This document shows, piece after piece, positions 1 through 8,811 of a DNA stretch of 64,000 bases. How positions within the stretch are numbered: the stretch's first letter is position 1; each line of letters begins with the position of its first letter. Below the pieces are notes generated by a model. That model worked only from the letters and a program-made list of their open reading frames with translations, was not told the DNA's origin and did not search any database. The position numbers and the translations under genes are program-made. Origin of the DNA: an uncultured Thermus sp. (GTDB lineage: Bacteria; Deinococcota; Deinococci; Deinococcales; Thermaceae); contig CAMTVD010000004.1 in the NCBI GenBank assembly GCA_947085095.1, forward strand, positions 1-64,000. Direction: 5' to 3'.

Positions 1-185
1 CTCTTACCCCACCGTTTCACCCTTACCCGCACCCCTTTCGGGGCCGCTGGCGGTCTCTTCTCTGTGGCACTTTCCGTCGGGTTACCCCGCCCAGCCGTTA
101 GCTGGCACCCTGCCCTATGGTGCCCGGACTTTCCTCACCCAGGGGAGAAGTCCCCTGGGCGCGACCGCGCGCCCGCCCTGGGGCA
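1..185 (-). ncRNA. rnpB: RNase P RNA (bacterial type A), 5' half; runs off the left edge of the window
   Basis: The minus strand reads ...GGUGAGGAAAGUCCGGGCACCAUAGGGCAGGGUGCCAGCUAACGGCUGGGCGGGGUAACCCGACGGAAAGUGCCACAGA...AAGGGUGAAACGGUGGGGUAAGAG, the universally conserved RNase P regions. Confidence 0.95.
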
Positions 186-191
186 CCTCCT

Positions 192-214
192 ATTCTACCA
201 CTTGCGTAAGTGTT
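192..214 (-). promoter_or_regulatory. Extended -10 promoter for rnpB with an overlapping short palindrome
   Basis: Minus strand TGGTAGAAT (TGn-TAGAAT) just upstream of the RNA 5' end; CACTT-GCGT-AAGTG inverted repeat at about 199-212. Confidence 0.6.
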
Positions 215-475
215 GCGGAGATCGCTCACGCTTCAGGTCAGAAACGGGGCTCTGGCCCGTGTGGGAGGGCGCTTCTAAGTGTGCACAGGGGGGAGAAAAC
301 CCGGCTTCAGAGGCCCGATAAGGCGGGGGGCGGCGGGGTCTAGTGGGGAACATTGGGGCGGGTGGCCGGAGGGCCTTTTAGGGGGTTCTGGGAGGCCAGA
401 AAGGCCTTCAAAGGCAGGGGTGGGAAAGGGTTTGGCCGGGGGCAGTCCCCCCGGCCGCAGCCTGGCCTCTTCAGA

Positions 476-769
476 TCAGCCAGCAAGCCTCACCTGCCTC
501 AGGAAGGCCTCCCGCTCCATCACGGGGACCCCAAGGGCCCGAAGGCCATCCGCCTTGGCCAGGACCTCCTCCACCAGGGCCCGGGCCGCCTCGGGGTCCT
601 CCCGGGCCAGCCTCATGAGGGCTTCAACGAAGATGGGCCACTCCTCGGCCTCGGCCATGAGGAAGAGCTCATCGTACCCCTCTGGGTCCTCTAAGAGCTC
701 CAGGTAGCCCTGCCAAAGCCAGCGGGCGTAGCCTAGAGCGTCTTGAGCCAGGAGGGTTTTCTCAACCAT
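476..769 (-). CDS. Small acidic helical protein, candidate immunity protein for the MuF C-terminal domain
   Basis: 97 aa (MVEKTLLAQD...), overlapping the 3' end of muF. Confidence 0.6.
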   Translation of the reverse strand: MVEKTLLAQDALGYARWLWQGYLELLEDPEGYDELFLMAEAEEWPIFVEALMRLAREDPEAARALVEEVLAKADGLRALGVPVMEREAFLRQVRLAG

Positions 770-1914
770 ATCGCGTCCTCGGGTATGGCGATGGCCTCTA
801 GGAAAGAAGCGGGGTAAGCCGTGACCAGAACGCCGCTTCTCAGCGAGTATACCACAAACCAGATGGGGCCTGCCCCCTTCCCACGAGCCCCCTCCGGAAC
901 AGCCCACTCCGTTCGGGCCAGAACGGCCACCACAGGGCCCTTCTCCCTTTGGTAGAGGACCACGGCCACCTCAGGGTCCGTAGCCCCCAGTCTGGCCATC
1001 TCCTCGTAGGCCTCCTCGGTCACGTGGGGAGCGAGCTGCCCTTCGGCGATGCGCTTGGCCAGGTGCACCTGGCGGCTCAGCGCCCGCTTCTGCCCTCCGG
1101 CGTACTCCCGATCCCGAGGGCGCACCTTGGTCAGATACGAGGGGAAGACCGCCACCGCCACCCTCCCCGCGGCCAGCATCCAGTCGGTGGGCCGGGGCTT
1201 CCGGGTGGTGAGGAGGTCCGCCAGGTAGCGGTCCGCCTCCGGCATCCCCCGCCCCAGGGCCCGGAGGTAGGCCCGCCAGAGCTCAGGGTGGTAGTCCCGG
1301 GGGTGGGGGCTCCACTCCTCCCGCCCCGGGGGGCGCCCGAAGCCCTCCTGGGGAGCGTGGGCGGGGGCCTCCTTCCAGGCCAGGCGCTCCCCCTCCTCCC
1401 GGGAGTAGGTGACGAGGGCCGTCCGGCAACCGAAGTGGAGGGGCGGGATGTGGCTGGCCCAGAAGGGGTGGTCCGCGGGCAGGACGATCCCCGCGAGGGG
1501 GGCGCAGATACGGGAGGTGCGCCCGTCCAGGACCACGGAGAGGCCCCAGTAGGGGCGGAGGTCCCGCACCCGCTCCGCCTCCCCGTACCGCCCCGCCCCG
1601 TAGGCCAGCTGCAGGTTGGTGCGGAAGACCGTTTCCAGCCGGTGGCGGCTCCCCTCCCCCCAGGCGTTCCGTACCCGCTCGGAGAGGGCCTTCTGGAACT
1701 CCCGGAAGGTGGTGCCCTGGGCCAGGGCCTCCTCCAGGGCGTCCATCACCTCCTGCACCATGTCCAGGGCGGCCAGGCCCGAGACCCAGGAGGCCCGCCT
1801 CCGGGCCTCCTGGGAGAGGGCCCGGACCTCCTCCTCGGGGAGGGCCAGGCGGCGGGCGAACCAGCGGAGGGCCCGCTCCGGCTTTAGGGGGTCGGGCTCA
1901 ACCGTCCAGGCCAC
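733..1914 (-). CDS. Mu gpF-like head morphogenesis (MuF) protein with a C-terminal extension
   Basis: RLETVFRTNLQLAYGAGRY, DGRTS and PPLHFGCR MuF motifs; located directly downstream of the portal gene. Confidence 0.9.
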   Translation of the reverse strand: MAWTVEPDPLKPERALRWFARRLALPEEEVRALSQEARRRASWVSGLAALDMVQEVMDALEEALAQGTTFREFQKALSERVRNAWGEGSRHRLETVFRTNLQLAYGAGRYGEAERVRDLRPYWGLSVVLDGRTSRICAPLAGIVLPADHPFWASHIPPLHFGCRTALVTYSREEGERLAWKEAPAHAPQEGFGRPPGREEWSPHPRDYHPELWRAYLRALGRGMPEADRYLADLLTTRKPRPTDWMLAAGRVAVAVFPSYLTKVRPRDREYAGGQKRALSRQVHLAKRIAEGQLAPHVTEEAYEEMARLGATDPEVAVVLYQREKGPVVAVLARTEWAVPEGARGKGAGPIWFVVYSLRSGVLVTAYPASFLEAIAIPEDAIWLRKPSWLKTL

Positions 1915-3412
1915 TGTCCTGACGCTGGGCTAGCCTACCGGCGAGCTCCGAGAGGAGAAGGGCGGCGTCCAGGAGCTGGGCCAGCTCGTGGAAGGGGAGG
2001 TCCGGGTAGAGGGCCAGGAGCCGCCGCCTCAGGTCCTCGTAGTTCTCCGCCTCCTCAATGGCCCGGAGGAGGGCGGGAAGGCCCGGGGCCTCGGCCGCCT
2101 GCAGGAGGCGGTCCCCCAGGCGGTCCACGAAGGCCTGGCCCGCCACCAGCCCCCGGGCCCTGCGCTCCTGGGGGGCGAGGGCGGGGGCCACCACCCTCTC
2201 CCCCTCCTGGGGGGCGGGCACCCCGAACTCCTCCCGAAGCCAGGCCTCGGGCAGGGCGAGGCCCATGCCCATGAGGGCCTGCAGGACCCGGGCCCGGCTC
2301 TCCAGGTCCCGTTCCTCCTCCACCTCGGGCACGGGGTGGGGGGCCAGGTGGAGGAGCTCGGGGCCGAAGTTGAAGGCCACGAAGGGCTTTATGAGCCCTT
2401 CTCTGAGGGTCTTGGCCAGGGCCCGGGCGTCCGCCCGGAGGAGGTCTATCCTGACCCGTTCGTGCACCTTGGCCAGGGCGTAGCTCCCGCCGTCCCCTTC
2501 GCTGGCGGTGAGGGTCTGGCCCAGGACCGCCTGGGCCATCTCCCGGTTGCAGAGGCGGATGAGGCTCTCGTAGACCTGGGGGCCCTGACCCTTGGCCGCC
2601 TCCAGGATCTGGATCTCCGTGTCCTTGCTTATGACCCCGGCGGCGTCCGCCCCCAGGGAGCGCACCGCCTCCTCCAGCCTGCGCCGCTCCTCCTCCCCGG
2701 CGGCGGGGTCGTAGCGGCCGATGCGGTAGGGCTGGCCGTAGACCTCGGCGAAGGTCACCCAGTCCTTGAGGGCGTAGTGCTTGAACAGGTAGAGCCAGGC
2801 CACGCTCCGCATGAGCCCGGCCCGGGTAGGCAGACCCGAACGGGCCTTGTAGCGGTGCTCTATGGCGCCCCCGTAGGGGAAAGCCTCCCCCCGGGGATTC
2901 TCCCGGGTGGCCAGGAGGAAGCGGTCCTCCTCCGGCACATAGACCAGGGAGGCAGGGTGGACCCAGCGGAAGCGGGCGGGCCGCCAGACCTCCCCATCCC
3001 GCTCCCAGGCCACGGCCACCACGCTCACCCCCTGGGGGATGGCGGAGAGGAGGTCCAGCATGAGGTCCTCCAGGGGAAGGTCCCACCACACCGCCTCCAC
3101 CTGGGCCAGAACGCTCCGGGCCCGGCGGGAGGCCTCCGCGGGCTCCAGCCGCCAGTCCAGGCCGATCACCGCCTGCTTACGGGTCTGGAAGAGGCTGAAG
3201 AGGAGGGCGTCCCGCTCCTCCATCTGCTGGACGAGCTCCGCCTGCTCGGCGATATCCCCCTCGTCCGCCAGGCGCAGGATGCGGGCGAGGCGCTCCGGGG
3301 TGAGGCCCCGGGCGGGGTAGCTGGGCATGGGGGGTTCCAGGGCCAGGGCCCCCCGGGCCGCCCTGGGGGGCTCGCTGGGGATGGGGCGTCCGTACTGGTC
3401 CAGGATGGGCAT
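1898..3412 (-). CDS. Mu gp29-like portal protein (DUF935)
   Basis: N-terminal ILDQYGRP, plus DWVTFAEVYGQPYRIGRY and LGQTLT...GSYALAKVH motifs. Confidence 0.92.
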   Translation of the reverse strand: MPILDQYGRPIPSEPPRAARGALALEPPMPSYPARGLTPERLARILRLADEGDIAEQAELVQQMEERDALLFSLFQTRKQAVIGLDWRLEPAEASRRARSVLAQVEAVWWDLPLEDLMLDLLSAIPQGVSVVAVAWERDGEVWRPARFRWVHPASLVYVPEEDRFLLATRENPRGEAFPYGGAIEHRYKARSGLPTRAGLMRSVAWLYLFKHYALKDWVTFAEVYGQPYRIGRYDPAAGEEERRRLEEAVRSLGADAAGVISKDTEIQILEAAKGQGPQVYESLIRLCNREMAQAVLGQTLTASEGDGGSYALAKVHERVRIDLLRADARALAKTLREGLIKPFVAFNFGPELLHLAPHPVPEVEEERDLESRARVLQALMGMGLALPEAWLREEFGVPAPQEGERVVAPALAPQERRARGLVAGQAFVDRLGDRLLQAAEAPGLPALLRAIEEAENYEDLRRRLLALYPDLPFHELAQLLDAALLLSELAGRLAQRQDSGLDG

Positions 3413-4692
3413 CAGAAGGCTCCTTTCCAGCCGGCGAAGGGCCGCCGGACCACGCTCTTGTACTCCACGGGGCCCCTGCGGGTCTCGGCGGCGTGGAGGG
3501 CCAGGGCCAGGGCCCAGAAGCGGTCGGCGTGCCCCTTCTCACTGCGCTCGGCGTCGTAGCGGACGTTGCCCGCGGGGGTCACCACCCGCCTGACGCTGTG
3601 CAGGTCCTCCCGCAGGGCCCGGTCATCGGGAGGGATGCGCACCTTCCGGTCCTCAAAGAAGAGGCGGAGGCGCTGGGCCAGGTCCGCCTTCACCTCGGGG
3701 GTGAACTTCACCGGCTCCACCTTGTAGCCGAAGGCCCGGCGGGCGTTTTCCGCCAGCATCTCCCCCAGGCCCGTGGCATCCACGCAGGCCCGGCGCACCC
3801 GGGGCAGGATGGCGTGGAGGCGGGCCTCCTGCTCGGCGAAGGGCACCCGGTGCAGGGTCTCCAGGAGGCGCACCCAGTAGACGTCCCCCACCCGCTCCAG
3901 GACCACGAAGGCGGTGAGGTCCCGGTGCCGACCGACGTCCACCCCCAGGTAGGCCTGGTCCGGGTTCCAGGGCCCCCTGGGGTCCTCCCGGGCCTCGGCC
4001 TCCAGGATCAGGCTCCAGGGCAGGAAGGCCTCCTCGGCGGAGACGAACTCGCACAGGTACTCCTGCTGCCAGATGAGGTCGTCCGCCAGGCCCGCCCGGA
4101 GCTCCTCGGGATCCACGGGCAGGCCCTGGGCCACGGCGTCGTAGATGGTTACCTTGTGCCGGGACCAGATGGGGCCGCCCTTCTCCCAGAGCTCCCAGAA
4201 CTTCCCCCGGGGGCCGTTGGGGGTGCTCATGACCCGGATCCTCAGGTCCGGCCTCCGGGTGATGATGGGGTACATGGCCGCCCAGATGGCCTCGGAGTCC
4301 TGGTGGAAGGCGAACTCGTCCAGGACCACGTTCCCCGTGTAGCCCCGGGCCGTGCGGGGGTTGGCGGGAAGGAAGATGAGGCGGGAGAGGTTGGGCAAGC
4401 GGATCTCCAGCTGGGTTACGCTCTCGCTCCCCTCCAGGAAGCGGCTCTCCATGTACTCCATCACCTGCTTCATGGCCTCCAGGTGGGCCTTAACCTTCTC
4501 CGCCAGCTCCCGGCTCTGCCTCTCCCCGGCGGAGAGGAGCACCCAGGTGGAGCCCGTGCTCTCCACGGCGCCCAGGGCCGCCTCCGCGGCCAGGGCGAAG
4601 CTCTTCCCCGTCTGGCGGGACCAGAGGCCGATCTTGAAGCGGCTTTGGTCCCTCAGCCAGGCCCGCTGGTAGGGCAGGAGGTCATAGTCCAT
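3412..4692 (-). CDS. Terminase large subunit (Mu gp28-like)
   Basis: LLPYQ, SRQTGKS (Walker A), VVLDEFAF (Walker B), STPNG, GVDVGR and HADRFWA. Confidence 0.95.
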   Translation of the reverse strand: MDYDLLPYQRAWLRDQSRFKIGLWSRQTGKSFALAAEAALGAVESTGSTWVLLSAGERQSRELAEKVKAHLEAMKQVMEYMESRFLEGSESVTQLEIRLPNLSRLIFLPANPRTARGYTGNVVLDEFAFHQDSEAIWAAMYPIITRRPDLRIRVMSTPNGPRGKFWELWEKGGPIWSRHKVTIYDAVAQGLPVDPEELRAGLADDLIWQQEYLCEFVSAEEAFLPWSLILEAEAREDPRGPWNPDQAYLGVDVGRHRDLTAFVVLERVGDVYWVRLLETLHRVPFAEQEARLHAILPRVRRACVDATGLGEMLAENARRAFGYKVEPVKFTPEVKADLAQRLRLFFEDRKVRIPPDDRALREDLHSVRRVVTPAGNVRYDAERSEKGHADRFWALALALHAAETRRGPVEYKSVVRRPFAGWKGAF

Positions 4693-5236
4693 AGAGGTCT
4701 CGCTTGATAGCCTCAATCACCTCGGGCTCAATCTCCCGGACCTTGAGGGCCCGCTCCACCTTCTCCGCCGCCTCCTGCCTGAGGGAGCGGTCTATCCGCT
4801 CCAGGGAGAGGGCCACCCGGGCCGCCTCCAAGCCCAACCGCACCACCTTCTCCGGGTCCACCTCCGCCTCCCCCAGCTCCAGGCCATCCAGGTAGCGGAG
4901 GGCCTTGTGCACCACGATGTTGGCCAGGGCGGCGGCGTAGGAAAGGCGCTTCCCCGTGGCCTCCTCCACCGCCTCCACCAGCCTTTCCATCCGCAGGACC
5001 TCTTCAAGGGCGGGGGCCAGGTGGCGGGCGTGGCGGCGGACGGAGCTGGGGGAAACCCCGTGCCCCCGGGCCTGGAGCCAGGCGGCGATCCCCTCCAGGG
5101 CGTAGGGCCGGCCGTCCTCCTCCGTCTCCTCCCCCAGGATCATGGCGTCTACCCGCTCCCGCACCTCCTCGGGCAGGGAGCAGACCCGGCAGCGGCGGTC
5201 CCGCCTGTAGGCGAACCCCTTCACGGCCTCACCCAC
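4682..5236 (-). CDS. Putative terminase small subunit (Mu gp27/DUF3486-like)
   Basis: Helical protein with an HTH-like VSPSSVRRH segment, immediately upstream of terL. Confidence 0.7.
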   Translation of the reverse strand: MGEAVKGFAYRRDRRCRVCSLPEEVRERVDAMILGEETEEDGRPYALEGIAAWLQARGHGVSPSSVRRHARHLAPALEEVLRMERLVEAVEEATGKRLSYAAALANIVVHKALRYLDGLELGEAEVDPEKVVRLGLEAARVALSLERIDRSLRQEAAEKVERALKVREIEPEVIEAIKRDLYGL

Positions 5237-5406
5237 CCCACCAGGGCCACCACCAAAAGGGCCGCGAGGAGCCAGCGCTCGGCCCTGCGGTGGCGGCGCT
5301 CCTCCTCCAGCTCGTGCCGAAGATGGCGAATCTCGGCCAGGATCTCCTCCTGGTGCCGGCGGACGGCCACAGAGAGGGCGTGAATCTCGTCCCGAATGTC
5401 CATCAC
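5221..5406 (-). CDS. Small coiled-coil protein with a C-terminal TM segment
   Basis: 61 aa, translationally coupled to both neighbours. Confidence 0.6.
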   Translation of the reverse strand: MMDIRDEIHALSVAVRRHQEEILAEIRHLRHELEEERRHRRAERWLLAALLVVALVGWVRP

Positions 5407-5729
5407 CGCGGCACGATGACCCCGGGGTCGTTTATGGACCCCTCCACCAGGTCAATGCCCCGCTCCGTGAGCCGGACCACCTTGATCTCCCCGTCCTCGT
5501 CCCACTCGGCCTGCAAGTAGCCCTTGCTCTGCAGGTAGCGCACGGCGGCGTTGAGCTCGGGCCGGGCAGGGAGGATGCGGGAGTACTCCAAGGTCCTCAC
5601 CAGGACCCCCCTGGGCATGGCGTAGGGGTCGGCCACGTTGAGGGGCGCCTCAGTGCCCATCGCGTGCAGGTAAAGCACCTGCAGCACGGCTCCCCGGATG
5701 ATCTTCGGCCTGTTCGGATCGCGAATCAT
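5403..5729 (-). CDS. Winged-helix protein, Mu gp26-like
   Basis: YLQSKGYL...VRLTERGIDLVEG...PGV; position before gp27. Confidence 0.65.
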   Translation of the reverse strand: MIRDPNRPKIIRGAVLQVLYLHAMGTEAPLNVADPYAMPRGVLVRTLEYSRILPARPELNAAVRYLQSKGYLQAEWDEDGEIKVVRLTERGIDLVEGSINDPGVIVPR

Positions 5730-5738
5730 CGCACCTCC

Positions 5739-5999
5739 TCAGGGAAAGAGCTTGTGGACGGGCAGGCCCAGCAGGGCCCCCAAGACGGCCAGCAAGAGGG
5801 CCAGCACCGTCCAGAAGAGGGGACGGGACCAGAGGGGAGGCGGGGGCGGGGAGTGCGCGGCCCGCAGGCGGGTGTAAAGGCGGAGGGCCAGTAGCTCCTC
5901 CCGTAAAGGGCGGAGGCGGTCCTCGGGCACGCCCTCCCGGGCCAGTTCGTCCACGAGGCCCTCCAGGACCCTGAGTACCCCGTCCACGCGCTCATCCAC
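5739..5999 (-). CDS. Small membrane-anchored phage protein, first gene of the leftward late operon
   Basis: GTG start after a GGAG RBS; hydrophobic C-terminus. Confidence 0.55.
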   Translation of the reverse strand: MDERVDGVLRVLEGLVDELAREGVPEDRLRPLREELLALRLYTRLRAAHSPPPPPLWSRPLFWTVLALLLAVLGALLGLPVHKLFP

Positions 6000-6019
6000 G
6001 CTCCACCTAAACGCTTTCG

Positions 6020-6092
6020 CCCCCTGGGCTTCCCCAGGGGGCACTTACCCAACCTTAGCCCTAGTGTACCTCAGGGGGTGGGGGGGTGTCTA
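6020..6092 (-). promoter_or_regulatory. Leftward late promoter plus leader hairpin (copy 1 of a 71-bp inverted repeat)
   Basis: TAGACA-N18-TACACT followed by the CCCCCTGGG-GAAG-CCCAGGGGG hairpin; 68/71 identical to 14580-14650 in the opposite orientation. Confidence 0.75.
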
Positions 6093-6513
6093 GGGTAGCT
6101 AGGCGCGTCAGACGGACCAGCACGTCCGCCATGTCCAGGGGCACGTGCAACTGTAGCCTTCTGGCCGAGTGGTTGTAGGTGCATATCGCGGACGGCCGCC
6201 CCCGTCCCAGGTAGGCTTCCAGCAGCTGGCGCTCGGCCGGATGGAGCCTCCGGAGGAAGGCCTGGTAGTCGGACCGCCACAAGCGCAGGTGCTCCCGGCT
6301 GATGTCCAGGGGGGGCAGTGGGGGCACGTGCACCGGCAGGTAGGCCGGGGCCTCCGCCTGGCGGGTAGTCAGGGCGTAGGACGCCGCCGGGGCCCCCGAG
6401 AACGGCCGGGGGTCCTCAGGGGTCAGGGTGATCCACCTGGCCTCTCCGTGGACCACCCGCCATAGGGCCGTGGCCACCCACTGGGCCCGCCAAAGGTCAA
6501 GGGGCTCAAACAC
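6061..6513 (-). CDS. Hypothetical phage protein, last gene of the early operon
   Basis: Starts VFEPLDLW after GGAGG and overlaps the stop of the upstream gene. Confidence 0.55.
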   Translation of the reverse strand: MFEPLDLWRAQWVATALWRVVHGEARWITLTPEDPRPFSGAPAASYALTTRQAEAPAYLPVHVPPLPPLDISREHLRLWRSDYQAFLRRLHPAERQLLEAYLGRGRPSAICTYNHSARRLQLHVPLDMADVLVRLTRLATLDTPPPPEVH

Positions 6514-6950
6514 CGTCCACCTCCCTGGCCAGGGCCCAGCCGTCCTCGGTGCGGACGGCCACCCCCTCCTCCTCCAGGCGTTCAAGGTACCGCCTCACGG
6601 TGGTCCGTGGCCACCCCAGATCGGCGGCCAGCCTGGCCACGGCCACCGGCCCCGGGTGGGAGGCCAGGGCCCTGACCACCTCCGTGGCCTTGCCCTGGAG
6701 CGTCCACTCCAGGTCCACGCTCCGCTTCACCCTGAGGGTGGCCGTGGGCTCGGCCTCGTCCGGGGAAAAGTGGCCACCCCTGTCCACCCCGGCCACTCCT
6801 GTCCGGTCAGGGGTGGCCGCTTCCCCTTCCCGGGTGGCCACCTCGGTCCTGGGAGTGGACAGGGGGGTGACCATCTGGCCGGGGGAGTGGCCACCCGCGC
6901 TGGCCACCCCCTTCCCCCTAGTGGCCACCCCGGCCAGGTGGGGTGGCCGC
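6470..6950. repeat. Cluster of GTGGCCAC palindromes
   Basis: Perfect copies at 6470, 6607, 6770, 6834, 6887 and 6921, plus several 1-mismatch copies. Confidence 0.8.
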
Positions 6951-7318
6951 CAGGCCAGGAGCTCCCCCACCACCTTCCCCACCACGTAGGTCCCCACGGG
7001 GACGAAGAGGCTCATGAGGAAGACCTCCCACAGGGGCAGACCCGGGGCCCCCCGGTGCATGGAGAGGGCGTTCCCCACCCAGACCAGGCCCAGGGCCAGA
7101 AGCGCCCCCGTCCCCGCCCAGGCCGAGCCCCGGAGGAGGGAGTTGGAGAGGAGGGAGAGGAGGAAGGCGGTGAACTCCAGGCTCCCCGCCAGCCCCCAGG
7201 CCATCCAGGGGGGAAGCCCGCCCAGGCTCTCCGCGTACCACTGGGCCAGATGGCCCGTGCTCATGGCCAAAGTGCTCAGGTAGGCCAGGATCAACAGCCC
7301 GATCATGGCGTTTCTCAT
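6506..7318 (-). CDS. Membrane protein (4 N-terminal TMs, low-complexity linker, C-terminal winged HTH), SpdB/DUF2637-like architecture
   Basis: Hydrophobic N-half; C-terminal VARLAADLGWPRTTVRRYLERLEEEG HTH. Confidence 0.7.
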   Translation of the reverse strand: MRNAMIGLLILAYLSTLAMSTGHLAQWYAESLGGLPPWMAWGLAGSLEFTAFLLSLLSNSLLRGSAWAGTGALLALGLVWVGNALSMHRGAPGLPLWEVFLMSLFVPVGTYVVGKVVGELLAWRPPHLAGVATRGKGVASAGGHSPGQMVTPLSTPRTEVATREGEAATPDRTGVAGVDRGGHFSPDEAEPTATLRVKRSVDLEWTLQGKATEVVRALASHPGPVAVARLAADLGWPRTTVRRYLERLEEEGVAVRTEDGWALAREVDGV

Positions 7319-7569
7319 CGCTTCAACTCCCTTTCCAGGTCCAGCAAAAGCCGCAGGGCCCGGTAGCGCGCCTCCTCGGCCTCGCGCACCCGCCGGGATA
7401 GGGAGGCCTCCCGGGCCCGCAAGGCCTCCACCTCCCGCTCGGCCTCCGCCAGTCTGCGCAGGGCCTCCCGCAGGGTCTCCCCCGCCCGCTCCACCTCCAG
7501 GTAGGCGCCGCCGGAAGCGGCCCCATAAGCGTGCATGAGGATGGCGTCCAGGGCCTCCTCCGGGGTCAT
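7315..7569 (-). CDS. Small coiled-coil phage protein
   Basis: MTPEEALDAI..., with ATGA overlaps. Confidence 0.65.
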   Translation of the reverse strand: MTPEEALDAILMHAYGAASGGAYLEVERAGETLREALRRLAEAEREVEALRAREASLSRRVREAEEARYRALRLLLDLERELKR

Positions 7570-7787
7570 ACCACCTCCACGGGCTGCCACATCCAGTAGA
7601 GGCGCTCGCCGGAAAGGCCGTACCAAACCAGCCCCCCGGGCACCTGGATGTAGGCCTTCAGGATCCCCACCGGGGGGCAGTAAGGGGTTCCCATCCCCGC
7701 CACGCCAGCGAAGGTGGGGACCCCCTCCTTGGCGATCCGGGCCAGGCGGCGCTCCACCTCGTCCACAAAACGCCTCCAGTCCGTCAT
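7566..7787 (-). CDS. Hypothetical phage protein
   Basis: MTDWRRFVDE..., RBS and coupled stop/start. Confidence 0.6.
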   Translation of the reverse strand: MTDWRRFVDEVERRLARIAKEGVPTFAGVAGMGTPYCPPVGILKAYIQVPGGLVWYGLSGERLYWMWQPVEVV

Positions 7788-7978
7788 ACCCACCTCCAGA
7801 CCAGAGCCAGGAACACGCCCAGGAGGCCCACCAGGCCGGCGAAGAGGGCCAGGCCCACGGAGGCCCCCTCGGGAAGGGCCTCCCGGCGAGTCAGGGCCAG
7901 GTAACCCAGGAGGGCCAGGAGGCCCAGCTGGGCGAAGAGGACGTAGATCAGGACCAGCTTCAAGAGGGTCACGCGCAC
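7784..7978 (-). CDS. Small 2-TM phage membrane protein
   Basis: VRVTLLKLVLIYVLF...; two hydrophobic segments. Confidence 0.55.
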   Translation of the reverse strand: MRVTLLKLVLIYVLFAQLGLLALLGYLALTRREALPEGASVGLALFAGLVGLLGVFLALVWRWV

Positions 7979-8256
7979 ACTCCCTCCTCGGAAAGCTCGT
8001 CCGGAACCTCCTCGGCAGGGTAGACGGTGCCCACGTACCGACCATTGAACCAGACCTCTACAGGGGCCTCGTAGTCGTTGGCGAACTCCTGGGCCTGGGC
8101 AGCCACAACCAAAAGGTCCTCGTCCTCGGGGAAGCTGTCCAGCCACCGGCCGGCACGGGTCTCCACCAGCTCGTAGCCCCGTACCTTAGCCCTGCTCCTC
8201 CGTACCCGCGACCTCAGAACCTGCCAGATCAGGGCTTGCCGAATAAACGCTTCCAC
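7969..8256 (-). CDS. Hypothetical phage protein
   Basis: VEAFIRQALIWQ...; fills the operon gap. Confidence 0.5.
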   Translation of the reverse strand: MEAFIRQALIWQVLRSRVRRSRAKVRGYELVETRAGRWLDSFPEDEDLLVVAAQAQEFANDYEAPVEVWFNGRYVGTVYPAEEVPDELSEEGVCA

Positions 8257-8444
8257 AACGCCTCCTCTACCTCCTCCGGGTCCCAGCCCCAGTCCAGGGC
8301 GAGGAGGACCTCGCCCCGGAAGAGGGCCAGGGTCCATCGCCCTTCCTCGTCCCGGAAAGCGTGCACCTCCAGCTTCCCGCGGCGGCGCGGGTAGGCCGAA
8401 GTGAAGCCCGCCAGGAAGGCCAGGACCTCATCCTCTCCCTCCAT
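8229..8444 (-). CDS. Hypothetical phage protein
   Basis: MEGEDEVLAF..., preceded by GAGGTG. Confidence 0.5.
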   Translation of the reverse strand: MEGEDEVLAFLAGFTSAYPRRRGKLEVHAFRDEEGRWTLALFRGEVLLALDWGWDPEEVEEALWKRLFGKP

Positions 8445-8811
8445 CGCCCACCTCGAAGAGGGCCTGCTGCTGCCACCTGGGCTTCCCGTGCCGCCGCCAG
8501 TGGGCCCAGGCCTCGTCCAGGCCGCGGATGGCGGTGTGGAGCTCCTGGATGCGGGAGACGAGGGAGCGGCGGAAGGCCAGGAGCTCGGCCTCGTCCTGGG
8601 CCACCTTGTAGACCTCGTCCCCCGCCGGGCTCTCCGCCACCACCACCGGGAGGATGCCCCGCTTCCTGAGCTCCGCCATGATGGCCCGGCCCCGGCGGTC
8701 CCCGCCGAAGTGCCGCGCGAAGTCGCTCCGGGCCACGCCCCACTCCCCCCGCTTGAGGAGGAGCTCCGCGGCCAGGCGCAGGTCGGTCTCCGTGATGCGA
8801 ATCTCATGCAT
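8428..8811 (-). CDS. Putative winged-helix DNA-binding protein
   Basis: MHEIRI...DRRGRAIMAELRKRGILPVV...YKVAQD. Confidence 0.55.
   Translation of the reverse strand: MHEIRITETDLRLAAELLLKRGEWGVARSDFARHFGGDRRGRAIMAELRKRGILPVVVAESPAGDEVYKVAQDEAELLAFRRSLVSRIQELHTAIRGLDEAWAHWRRHGKPRWQQQALFEVGDGGRG

Noticed and set aside
211..230. TGTTGCGG as the prophage left end
   Set aside because: It does not resemble the TGTAATTG right end, the preceding 5 bp (GTAAG) differ from AGAGA, and it lies in the rnpB promoter region.
298..307. AACCCGGCTT, identical to part of the rnpB 3' motif at 22017-22026
   Set aside because: Only 10 bp, with no flanking similarity I can verify; it could be chance and is not callable as an att site.
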